Assembly: GCA_973851085.1 (NCBI GenBank)
Contig: OZ316776.1
Location: 2,976,001 to 3,040,000 of the forward strand
Origin: Ptychomitrium polyphyllum
Taxonomy: Eukaryota
DNA: 64,000 bases
Reading direction: 5' to 3'
How positions within the stretch are numbered: the stretch's first letter is position 1; every line of letters starts with the position of its first letter. Positions 36,639 through 47,684 of the stretch are shown piece after piece. Below the pieces are notes generated by a model that saw only the letters and a program-made list of their open reading frames with translations, was not told where the DNA came from and ran no database searches. Made by a program: the position numbers and the translations under genes.

Positions 36639-39600
36639 ATGGGGGGGTTAGGTGACATGTCCCCGCCGTTAGTGTTGATGTCGGGGGCACCGAATTGTTG
36701 TACCACATTGAACTGCTTGCCCTCCTTCTTGGGGGGGGTTTTGGTATTAGCGCTTGTAGAGGTTGTATTTGTGTTATATTTTGTTAGCAGATTGTTAGCC
36801 AAGAAACCTAGCCAGCCAAGCCCCACTTCTTCATTGGAATACACAACTGAAGATAGCTCCATCAGTTTCAGTCTCCAGGTTACATCTCTATTACCCTGGC
36901 AACTCAAGTTGATGCTCTAAGTGCAGCGAGTTGCTTTAATTGTTGTTTGGTTGTGATGTCTGTAATCGGCCAGAGGCTATTAGTTCTTGTATTACAGTTG
37001 TAAATCTAGCGCTTGGGCGAAAATCGACTGGCACCTTGTGGGGTATCGAGGTGGTACTTGATTGACGTTCTGGAGTCTAAACTCTTCTTTTTTGAACTCA
37101 TGTGAAGCGTACTTTTAAGCTTGGCTATTGTAACTTCTATCTGGCCGCGCCTATTGTTCTTGTCAAATCTTATATAGTATATTGCTCTCGCTAGTTGCAG
37201 TTAGTAGTTGGGCTTTCACGTGCTAGTTATGTTTATCAGGACAACTGTGAATCTGTCAACATAGATACCGAAACCGAATCAGTAATTTCTCATAGCCATG
37301 CAGCTGTAAGTTTTATTTTCATTAAAAGTGTGTTGCAGTGAACGACATATTAAGAATTCAGGTGCATGAGTATAGGGGGTTATCATTCAGTTCCAAGCCG
37401 TTTTCTAAGACGAAAGTTGCCCATCCAAACAGGGAAATTTGTGGGTTGCACCGCTGCCTGAAGGAGACTGGAGTAAAGCCGTGTTGCAAAGGCAAGGAAA
37501 AGATAAGAAGGAGAAAGAAGCGGAGAAGGATGGGCCCAAAGAGGGTTCGAAGCGGGGGGAGGCTAGAAATGATGCACTGGAGATTGCTCCAATGTGGAGG
37601 CATGTGGTCTTGAAAGAAGCGATTTTGCTTTTGAAGGCAGCTGATGGTGTTGAAGAGCAAATTTCATTAGAAGGCTGCGAAGTTTTGACAATCTCAGCTG
37701 GCGATGGACCAAGTGGGAAATGGTTCGTGCAAGAGAGCTTTCCTCGTCTTTTATGACTATTGGAGGATTAAATTCTGCTTCTTAATTAGGTCTTGATATT
37801 TAGGGTACGGGGTGAGAGGTTTCGTCGTTCATATGATGTTCATTTACCTCTCTCGATTCCAGTTTTTCAATCTATTTATACTTTGTGCAAGAGGTGAAAA
37901 TCCTCATGGCATGCGAACGTGGTGCGCAGGTCAAGAAGGTTTCCCATCAAGCTTCACCACCCTACTCGCATATTATATCGCGAGTGCAAAGACTGTCTCT
38001 TCTATGCAGAATCAGGATATGAGAAGGAAGCCTGGTGCGAAGTCCTTCGAGCAACTGCGAGGGCACATACTCCTGCCAACGACTGGTTTGTTAGGTTGAA
38101 GAAGGAATTTTGGCAGTACACTGATGGAGCTGAAAAGCACGTGCCTTATCTGATTAGGTTCCGCTCCGGGTCAAATCATTTGGCCCTAACACGGAAGGAA
38201 GAGAATGACCTCAAGAGTCCAGAGGAAGCTGTTTCAAAGAGACGGTTGATTTGGAAAAAACTGTTGCGGCGTGGTTCGAAGGGGAAGCAACCCAAAGACA
38301 CCACTAGGTCACCGAATGCTATAGAAGAACTTGGAAAATTCACCCAAAGGATTAACCTCCTTGGACAGGGGCAGGATGAAGAAAGCAGCAAGAAGGGGAA
38401 AGAGAGTTTCATCTCTGACGACCTTGAGGATAGCAAAAGTGCATCACGTGCAAGCCAGGCGAGCGATGAGAGTTTTGCACGAAATGAATCCACGTCCAGT
38501 GACAGTGATGTGGAGAAGGCGGCCCCACTAACAACTCCGAAAGATAATTCAGAATCCAACGAGGTGCTTGCAGCTGCACTGATGGACGGCCATGCCAATG
38601 AAGGGGTTCAGAAAGAGATTGATCCAGGATTGCTCTGTTTTAACATGATTATGGGGAGACTCTTTTTTGATTATTACCATAGCGAATCACGGATTGCATG
38701 GTTGCGAGACCTAATTCAGGCGAGTCTAATACTCCTATCATGTGTTGTATATTGTTGTGTTCAAGAAATTGGCATGTATTCTTACCCTGATTTATGCAAT
38801 TCTTCAGAGGTTGATGTCGAGGATAAAGACTCCCAGTTACATCAAATCGTTCACTATCAAAGAGCTTGATCTTGGAAATGAGGCTCCTTTTGCAACCGGA
38901 CTTCGTATGCTGCCTGCGGATGCAGGAGGGGCTTTAGCTTTGGAAGTCGATCTGGAATGGCATGGTGGAGGCTTTATCACAATTGAGACGCGAGTGGATG
39001 TTCGAGATCAACGTGCACAAGAGAAAGTGGCCTCACACATGGCTGAACCAGGGTCAGCAGGGGCCGCTGCTGCAGCTATTGTATCAGGCATAGGGGAGGA
39101 TCCTGAGAATGCGGGATTACCAGATATGTCTTCAACATTGATGGAGGCAAGGCAAGTTGCCAGCAGAAAACCTGGACCAGGTACTCTGCCATGATCCTTC
39201 TTTCGTTTAACTACACGCTTCTCTATTGAACACAGAAAAAAGAAATTTGGCGTTAAGTCTTGTGAAAGTAGTGGCTATGATGTCTAGTCTTTCAGCAAAA
39301 GGCTAGGAATTCTTGGACTAGCTCGAGGCCATTTCAAGACGTTTTATTTCCCATCTTTGATACTTGAAGTATCAAATAATATGTTCAACAAGACACTCAG
39401 GTTCTACTATATCCAGGAAGGATATTATTGGTGTTGTTTCCTGACTTGACGGATGTAGGCGTACTTAGTTCTTGTAGCTTAGCACCGATTTAGCAATATA
39501 GATGGAAATGCTTATGAGGGTCTACTTGTGTGCAACGTGATCAGTCAGCGTGACTAAGAGTGCTGTACTCTGTATTATTACGTAGTTATTACCTGGCACT

Positions 39601-41541
39601 TTGTTGAAGATAAAATCTTAGTTCTTCGAGTAAATTTCTTTAACAGGAGCTAGAAGTTCTATTATTATTGGCAGGTGAAGACAGCAGTAGAAAGGCGGGA
39701 TGGATGAACTCAATGAAAATCATGATGTCTCGTGTTGCTGATCAGGTTTCTCAGGTCTCTGAATTCTCCTTCCTGAACACCTTTCGTTTGCATCTGCTTG
39801 TCTTGTAGGAGCTATTGGACTGTTGACTTTGAGGATGTCTTCGAAAGAGCAAGTTTACCAATAAAATTCTGATTTCTCTATTGTGTGTAAATGATCAGGT
39901 GCCTCTTTTGCTGAAAATCAGGTTGGTGTCGGTCAAAGGAACTTGCATCGTAAGCTTGAGAGCACCACCCACTGATCGCATATGGTTTTCTTTCAAAGAG
40001 ATGCCCGATATCGATCTGGTACCTGAGCCATGTATTGGTGATCACCGTATCAGCAGCGGACCTTTAGGTAGCTTTATTACCAATCAAGTAAAGGTACTAC
40101 TCAGGCCTTCCCTATTTGTCAATTCCAACTAGATCGACCTTGCATTTTCCTTATGTTTTTAGTCACTTCTCGAACTTGAGTTGTGGTGAAAATGTAGTGA
40201 GTCTTTTGGCTGTTGGTTTCGTGAGTTCGTGATCAATCTTACGAAATATCATGTTTCCCATCATTCGAAGAAGCAGACTCTTTTGCTGTTGGATAAGCAA
40301 GTTTGGATGAGTATGCTGAATCAAGGATGACCTTTTGCTGGCTCAGTGGCTGTTGAATAGAAATAGGAGCACATGTGACCAGGCCATTAGTTCCATACCA
40401 GATCTTTTATCCACTGCTGCATGCAGGTACAAATTCGTGAGCAAATTGTCATGCCATATTGCCAAGATCTCTTCCTTCGTTGGATGATGGCTCAACAAGA
40501 TGACTGGCTACCGGCAAGCGCCTTCCCTGTTGCGTTCTCTGCTGTGGCTACTGAAAACCAAAGCTCGAAACAAAACCTTGATTTGCAAGCTAAGGTTGCT
40601 GAGGAGAATGATAAAAGTGGTCAATCACTTCCTTCGAGTGTCCTTGATAATGTACACAACGAGCCTTCGGGGGGTCAGGTTTTAGAAGCCTCTACCCATA
40701 GCATCAACCGTGGGTCAACAGTCTCTGAACCGCCTATTCTGCTTACGAACCCGCCTACAAATCCTGACTCTCAGAGCAATATCCAACGCTCTACATCCAA
40801 CATGAACCAATCACGACAACCAGCTATCTCAGAACAGTCAAATTTCCAACCTGCAGTTCCCACACGACCACCAGGAGTAACACCATCTTCGTCGGTATCT
40901 TCATCAATCCGAGGAGGCAAAGAGTCTGATTTAACAAAGCCTTTGCTGGATAGCAATGACTACAGTAAATTTTTGGAGTCGACTCAGTCGAGTAGTGAAT
41001 TCGATGCAGGTGTTCCTGACAAGGTGATTGATGCTGTATACAATGACCTCTTGCTACAGTCGGAGGGCTCGGCTTCAGAAAGCGAGTCACAGCAAATGTC
41101 TAATCAGGTTGTAAGTACTACCCATGGACTTGGAGCATGAGCTTAGGATATCTACTTGTGATCAATCTTGACTGGTTTGTCCTTCATTTCCAGTTCGTTG
41201 ATTTCCTAGCTTGAGTGCAGTCTGAATCTGCAACAGCTCGAAACCCTTACATGATGTGATTTCGTCATGTATAGGATTTCAGAGTTCACAATACTGACCT
41301 TCCGGGCTGCGTCCCGATTTCGTTGCAGATTGCCAACCAGGAACATACCCAGGCGGACCTGACAACAGGTTTAGATTCGAGAGTATCACGGCGCACCAAG
41401 ATGTTTTCTTTGGGCAAGAAGGTCGGGACCAAGCTCGATGAAAGGCGCCGGATTGTTTTGGAGAAATTGCGGGAGAGGAGAGCTGAGGGTAGCGAAGGTG
41501 GTTCTTCTCGTCACCAAGGTAGCGGTTCACTACATACGTGA
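36639..41541 (+). CDS. TEX2/Nvj2-like membrane-contact-site protein: N-terminal TM helix, PH-like domain, SMP (TULIP) lipid-transfer domain, low-complexity tail
   Basis: Exons 36639-36878, 37433-37722, 37930-38719, 38808-39180, 39675-39754, 39899-40093, 40427-41107(or 41110), 41329(or 41275)-41541; phases are consistent. TM: FLGGVLVLALVEVVFVLYFV. PH-like: KWSRRFPIKL and YAESGYEKEAWC. SMP: NMIMGRLFFD, IKTPSYIKSFTIKELDLGNEAP, PPTDRIWFSFKEMP, IVMPYC. Confidence 0.9.
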
Positions 41542-42380
41542 TGTGTACAAGGTGATGTCCTAATACGCGTGAAGTCTGATGCTCCGCTTTCAAGGCATGG
41601 GAGAGCAAACTACAAAGCTGTGTCCAGGGTATGATTTCTTTGAAAGGTACCCGAAACTAAGATTTTAGGGTGCAATAGAAATTTAGAGTAGAGGCATGTA
41701 TACTAGAATCCGAGAAATTGTTTCTTATGATCGTAGTAACATGTGATGCTCAGGCAACCATTGATTAATAACTTGGCACGATGTGCTCTCTCGGTTTTGA
41801 AAGATTTGTACACTCTGCCCCCGATCTCTTCAGCAACTCTGCTGTCTGAATGGATGGAAAGTGCATGCACCTGAGAGGACAATAAAATTTGGGTTTTCAG
41901 GGGTGCATCAATGTTCACTTTTTAGTGGCAATGTACCTCATATGAACCTAGCTTCCATTGATGATATGTTCAATTTTTATTCCTTTCGCTTCGTACATTT
42001 CCATATTTTTGAAAAATATTCAATTCAAATATAACAATATTCAAAAGTCTCAATTTAAACAATGATGTTAAAAAGTTGAGGCTGGAACTTGCATCACCTT
42101 CAATGCATAACACTCTTTAACAAGCTTCTTGATCCCCAAGAATAAAGAAACTGAATTCCAAACCTTCCAATTTTGAACATTTATAACTTATTCATACATT
42201 GTCCAAGTAATATGATTTTCTATTTTCAAAATGCCTTAAACGTTGCCGTTGAATGTCACCAGATTGAGGATGGACCTTGATGGAAATACGATATTTGAAC
42301 TGAGATTTCAGTCTAGGGTTTGCAAAACTCACCTTGGAAGTTAGGGAACCACGTAAATCTTTACCAACAGATACTCCAGT

Positions 42381-42554
42381 TCTACAAGATGAGGTGCCCG
42401 GGAAATGTCTTGGGGAGTGATTAATGTCCCCATTTTATACTCTGCAGCGATTAAGAACAGCAGCGGTTGTGCTGCATGAACAGAGAATCACGTGGCGCAT
42501 CAAATTCCGTGCAAAGAGTTGGCATATTGCAATCCTGACCTAGTTGTCATGCCT
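42381..42554 (+). repeat. Segment upstream of the kinase that has an inverted copy at 47512-47684
   Basis: gtgattaatgtccccattttata...ttgtgctgcatgaacagaga...aaattccgtgc...gcatattgcaatc aligns colinearly to the reverse complement of 47512-47684. Confidence 0.85.
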
Positions 42555-43188
42555 GCGGACTAAATGAACTGTTGACTTTTGTCATCCAGCCTGTTACCGC
42601 GTTTCAACTGACACAAGCACCAGCCTACTGTGAGTCTACCTACATGTACAATAGGCTGCGGTCTCACACGCTGGAGTTCTTTGGCCTCAATTCGTATCGC
42701 AGCTCCTCAGCGTTTCCGAAGTGTCGTTGAGGAGAATTTGTGTCTGCACAGCCCGCATACGAGGAAGCGCCCTTGCCTCCACCGACGAGCGAGGGACGGC
42801 GATCTTTCCTTTGTGCGGTTTCCTGTAAGTGCTTGGGCGCTCTTCCACCGAGATATCCCCCCTTCTCGCGGCTCGGCCTTCATCCGAAGTCTTTAGATCC
42901 CATCGTTTACCGTCGCTGCTGCACTTACCGTGTAGAGATCATTCCATGTGCAATAGTTTCTTCGTTTGAGGGGGAGCATAGCGAGTTCGCAACTTCGCAC
43001 TCTGGAGTTCCCATGTCGCAGCAAGCTTCAGCAGAGCAGCGTTGTTGGCTTGGGTTTCCAACATCTGAGAGGACATCCGTATTTTTGTGCGAAAGTAGAC
43101 GTCGTCCCTCTTAGGACCCTCACTCCTCAGCTTCGACTGCAAGGGGCTAGAAATGCGAGCCGTTCCATACCTGGGGCAGTGAGTAGTG

Positions 43189-44601
43189 ATGGCAGATACA
43201 AGTGCACGCAGCGGCCGGTTGGAAGAAGTGCACTCGTCAGAGCCTTGTTTATGGAGCAGTGCATCGGGCGGCTTAGAGCCTGTCTCGGCACTGGGAAGTG
43301 AAATCGAGCATGCCGCCACCGCTTCTCCAGCATTCCTCCCTGCGCGCGCTGAGAGCACCGGGACCACTGCGACCGTGAGGAAGAGGACGGAGAGAGATGG
43401 GAACAGGCTGAGCGTGGAGGAGCAGATCGAGCATTCGAAGAGTCACTGGAGTGAGGTGGTGAAGCCCAGTTCTAGGAAGGCGGGATGTAAGAAGTCGTGT
43501 AGTTGTTCAAGAATCTTGGGTGCTTGCTTTGGTGGAAGTAGGCCCGATCCCGATGAGATGGTGGTAGAGGAGAGCAACGTGGAAGTGTTCAAGGCTCTGC
43601 AATCGCATCCCAGTTGGGGTCCTTTCTTTTGCACATTTGGTTATAATTTAGGAATACGAGAAAGTGACGGTTCACTGGTGGTGGGGGAGAAGTTTGCAGA
43701 GGGTGGGCAGGCTGAGCTCTTTCATGCCCATATCATGTGGAGAAGCGAACGGTTCAACCAGGAGTGTGTGAGACGGAGGCATGAGTGGGTGCTGAAGGTG
43801 TTTAAGAAGGGCACCTTGTTGAGCGATTTGGAGAAGCAGTGGCCTCGTGGACTGTTGCAATTTGATGCGGAGAAACTTAGACGCACCAGGCTAAAGCTAC
43901 CTCAACCGTTAGCATACACTTGTGATGTTCAATGTGCAACATTGTTGGAGGACGGCCGGTTTGCATTTGTGATAAAAAGGGAAGTTGAAGATTTGCGAGC
44001 TCTCATTGATCGCAACATGAAGTTTAAGATTGGCCAAGAGTGTGGTCCGTTTGAGAAAGGAAGAGCCGAATATGCCATGTATTGTATTGTACTTGGGATG
44101 CAATGGTTGCATGATCGTGACATTGTGCATCGGGACCTCAAGGCTTCCAATGTGCTTATATCTTATAGTAAAGAAGGTTGGAATTTACGTGTATCCGATT
44201 TTGAATGTTCGAATTTAGTCATTGGAACAGGATTTTGGAGGGCTCCAGAGATATTGCAAGCTCTTAAAGATAGGAGTGTCTATGAAAGGTCCAAAATATT
44301 TTCAAAAGAAGCGGATGTGTATGCGTTTGGAATGACATGTTATGAGATATTGACAGGGAAGCGTCCGTTTGGAAGTCATCCTTGGAGTGATTACGATCTT
44401 ATCTTAAATGGACAACGTCCAAAGATTCCAAAGTATGTTGATGGCTGGATTCGCGAACTAGTGAGTAGATGTTGGCATTCCAATCCTAGAGCTAGACCTT
44501 CATTTGGAGAAATAAGTGATATACTTTTAGAAAAATCAACCTCGGTTAAAGTGTTTGATGAAGAGAGAAAAAAATTTATGGAAGATAAGGGGATAGTTTG
44601 A
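43189..44601 (+). CDS. Intronless TKL-like (Ser/Thr/Tyr-like) protein kinase with non-canonical DFE motif, 470 aa
   Basis: Single ORF with ATG at 43189. Kinase motifs: FAEGGQAELF, VLKVFK, IVHRDLKASN, VSDFE, GTGFWRAPE, DVYAFGMTCYEILTGKRPF, CWHSNPRARPSF. Confidence 0.9.
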   Translation: MADTSARSGRLEEVHSSEPCLWSSASGGLEPVSALGSEIEHAATASPAFLPARAESTGTTATVRKRTERDGNRLSVEEQIEHSKSHWSEVVKPSSRKAGCKKSCSCSRILGACFGGSRPDPDEMVVEESNVEVFKALQSHPSWGPFFCTFGYNLGIRESDGSLVVGEKFAEGGQAELFHAHIMWRSERFNQECVRRRHEWVLKVFKKGTLLSDLEKQWPRGLLQFDAEKLRRTRLKLPQPLAYTCDVQCATLLEDGRFAFVIKREVEDLRALIDRNMKFKIGQECGPFEKGRAEYAMYCIVLGMQWLHDRDIVHRDLKASNVLISYSKEGWNLRVSDFECSNLVIGTGFWRAPEILQALKDRSVYERSKIFSKEADVYAFGMTCYEILTGKRPFGSHPWSDYDLILNGQRPKIPKYVDGWIRELVSRCWHSNPRARPSFGEISDILLEKSTSVKVFDEERKKFMEDKGIV

Positions 44602-44706
44602 TAAGGTTATTGTTGTAATTATATTGTAATGGAATTCAAATGTGAGAGTAGCAATTATGTCTATAATTATTCTTATTTCCATCCTACACCTTAAGCATGA
44701 GAGTTT

Positions 44707-45230
44707 GTATTGGACTTTGAATGTTCAAATGGAATCATTGGAATAGGATTTTGGAAGGCTTTAGAAATATTACAAGTTTTCAAAGACAAGAATGTTTATA
44801 AAAGGCCCAAATTATTTTTAAAAGAAGCAGATGTGTATGCCTTTGGAATAACATGCTATGAGATCCTAATAAGGAAGCTTTCATTTGAGAATCATTCATG
44901 GAGTAATTATGATCTTGTCTTCAATGGGCAACGTCTAGAGGTACTTGAATATGTTGATGTGTGGGCACATAAATTGTTGAATAAATGCTAGCAAGTTCAT
45001 TTTAGAGCTAGACATTCATTTGGAGAAATGTCAGATTTAATTTTAGAAATATAAGCAAATGCAAGAGTTTATGATGAAGGAAGAAAGTTTATGGAAGATA
45101 ATGGAATATTTTGATAAAGTTCTTTTTGTAGTAGTTGAATAATAAAATTCCAATGCAAGATTGGCAATGGTGTTTCTAATTTATCCATTGTATTTTTTTT
45201 TTCTTTAGTTTTTAAACATAAGAGTTTGTA
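44707..45230 (+). pseudogene. Decayed partial tandem duplicate of the kinase C-lobe and 3' flank
   Basis: Colinear with 44191-44709. It reads DFECSNGIIGIGFWKALEIL...DVYAFGITCYEIL, has an in-frame TAG at 44989-44991 (W->stop), and lacks the N-lobe and HRD motif. Confidence 0.9.
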
Positions 45231-45335
45231 AATGGCGTGCCTTTGTTCTTATTGGTAATGCATATGCCATTTGCCATTTTTTTAATGTTCTTTAAGATAC
45301 TGCTTGTGAATCTTATTCATTGTGCTTATGATGTG

Positions 45336-46500
45336 TGTCGCAATCCTTGTAATGTACCTTAGCAAACGTCACGAGCGTCAACCCTGCACACCTCCACATG
45401 CACATGGTTAATCCCCATTTTCACTCTCTAAATCCCAGACTTGGTTTCCAATTTCCCTTACCATTTCTATCAGAACATCCAATTGATTGGTAGCCAATAA
45501 TTAGGTGCGGACTTCCATTCATGTCCAAGGTCTCACTTGGTGTTATTCCCATTTTACACGGCCTAACCGCATTTAGTAGTGTCTTCTCACCACCACTCAT
45601 GATCTCCATGTGATCTTAAGATCATTCTGGGCCATCATGGTGCCGACGTGAAGATACCACCCCAACTTAGTGGTAACAAGCGTACTCTTTGAACGTGCTA
45701 GTTCCCTTTGTGAAACCGGCCGTCCACCGGCTCACAATGGTGTGGGAGTCCCCGTGGTGAAGCTTCAACACTAACTCCACCAACCGGGACTCACTCTTAG
45801 TTCCTATTGGAACATTAGGGGAGTGGGGAGGGGGACCAGCTCTCCCCTATAGTACTCTTTGTGGGATTTGGCAGGCTGCCTAGCCCTTTGTAGCTAGCTG
45901 AACCTCGACACATCCAAAACTTTGGAAAACCACCCGATCTCTTTTGGAACTTAACAATTGGAAGCCTCTAGAACTTCCTATGGACCTTCAAAGAGCCATA
46001 TCTTCCACTTTTGGTATCTGAATCTATCAAGCAACCACTCTATCGTCATTTACTCTTTGCATAGATGCCAATAAATTCCTCAAACGTCCGATTTGACTTA
46101 GTATTCTGGGAGATATGCTTCTCTAAAGATTTGGAACTCCCGGGGAGTTTCTCCATGCACTGTCCCAGTCCAATACAGTCACTGTCTAGGGCTGCCATAG
46201 TCCAGAACAGCCCCTTGGCAGCCCCAACTTTGGAATGCCATATCTTTTAGTTCCCTTGTCCGATTTGAGCAATCTTTAGCATTCTACAATCAATTCGTTG
46301 TCAGTCCTTTAATGCCTACAATTTCTCCCTTGTGGCCCTCGGTCTACATGGGCAAGGATGTTTCTCCCCCTCGAGATCTTTCCCATGCTAGACATACTTC
46401 AGCCACTTCACTATCGGTGCCACAAGTTCCGAATGTCACTCCAGGATCCCCCTTGTGCCCCTTAGTGTTGCGGGCACTCCTCAAAGAGAGGTGCACGACA
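45336..46500. mobile_element. Solo LTR (1165 bp) of an LTR retrotransposon, with 5-bp TSD
   Basis: Begins TGTCG and ends CGACA (TG...CA with a 5-bp terminal inverted repeat). Identical ATGTG at 45331-45335 and 46501-46505. GC content is sharply higher than the flanks, and there is no gag/pol sequence. Confidence 0.88.
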
Positions 46501-46556
46501 ATGTGCTTGTTTGTGCACCAATGACATAGTTAATTTCTTCCTAGAATTTAGAATTG

Positions 46557-46649
46557 TTTTATAAATCTTTATCAAAATTGAAAAGAGTGTTTGATGAAAT
46601 AATTTTTTTTTATAAATCTTTATCAAAATTGAAAAGAGTGTTTGATGAA
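46557..46649. repeat. Perfect 42-bp direct repeat (period 51)
   Basis: ttttataaatctttatcaaaattgaaaagagtgtttgatgaa at 46557-46598 and 46608-46649. Confidence 0.92.
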
Positions 46650-47511
46650 GTAAAGTAAATATGAGCAATTGAAAGCTTTTCTTTGATTGGATTGGAGGAC
46701 ATAATAAAATTGGGCAAAAAGATAGATCACTTGAATGATATAAAAATCACTACAATCATATAATAAAATTGGTGGATGGATTGAATTGTTATTCTTATAT
46801 AATAATTTGTCTAATTGCTTTGCAACTTGAAAGTTGCCTTGTACATTATCACTGCAAAAATTAAAATCATAAGAATGAGAAGCTATATTAATTTGGAAAT
46901 CTTAGATTCTATTTTAAAATATGATTTCTAATTTCTGCTTTTAATGACCATAATTCCTATTGATGATGAAGAGGTTTCTTAGTGCTAAAAGTTTCATTTG
47001 TATATGTGCCACAAAAGATTAGACATCATGGTACTACTATTGCTATTGTATATTAAAAGGACACTAATACGTTTATGTGCTAAAAAAACATCATGTTTTG
47101 ATGAATGTCTACCTTTCCATGATATGTAATGGTTGGATTAAAAAAAATTAGTATAATTGTCAGGAGATTTCCATTGGAATTGCATTATAAGGCTAATAAA
47201 CAACATTTGGCATTGTTTGTTGAAACTAGCCACTAAGCTCCACACATTCATTGCCAATTCTACAACCTTCTAGCTAATGTTCATATTTAGAGAAAATTTG
47301 GAAAACCATTGGATTCAAAACGCCATAAATATCCCCTTTATGCACTTCAATTCAAGATTTATCAAAAAACCAACACAAGAGCATGAAAGAAATGAAACAA
47401 CAACAATCATAATGTAAATGTTGACAGATCTACAATAGGACGTTTCTTTTGTCAATTGGAAGTAGTAATAGAATGGCAAAAGTTGATGAAGTAACACTTT
47501 ACTTTTTTTGA

Positions 47512-47684
47512 AGGCTTGTCACTGAATCAAGATTGTAATATGCTAACTCCTAGCACGGAATTTAATACACGACATGAATCTCTATTCATGCAGCACAACT
47601 GCTCCTGTTTTCAATTGCTCCATATTATAAAATGGTGACATTAATCACTTTGCCACGCATTTTCCAACCACTTCATCTTGTAAA
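47512..47684 (-). repeat. Inverted, diverged copy of kinase upstream segment 42381-42554
   Basis: The reverse complement reads tacaagatgaagtgg...gtgattaatgtcaccattttata...ttgtgctgcatgaatagaga...aaattccgtgc...gcatattacaatc. Confidence 0.85.

Noticed and set aside
42630..43367. ORFs overlapping the kinase 5' region
   Set aside because: No motifs. These are alternative-frame or antisense ORFs in a GC-rich leader.
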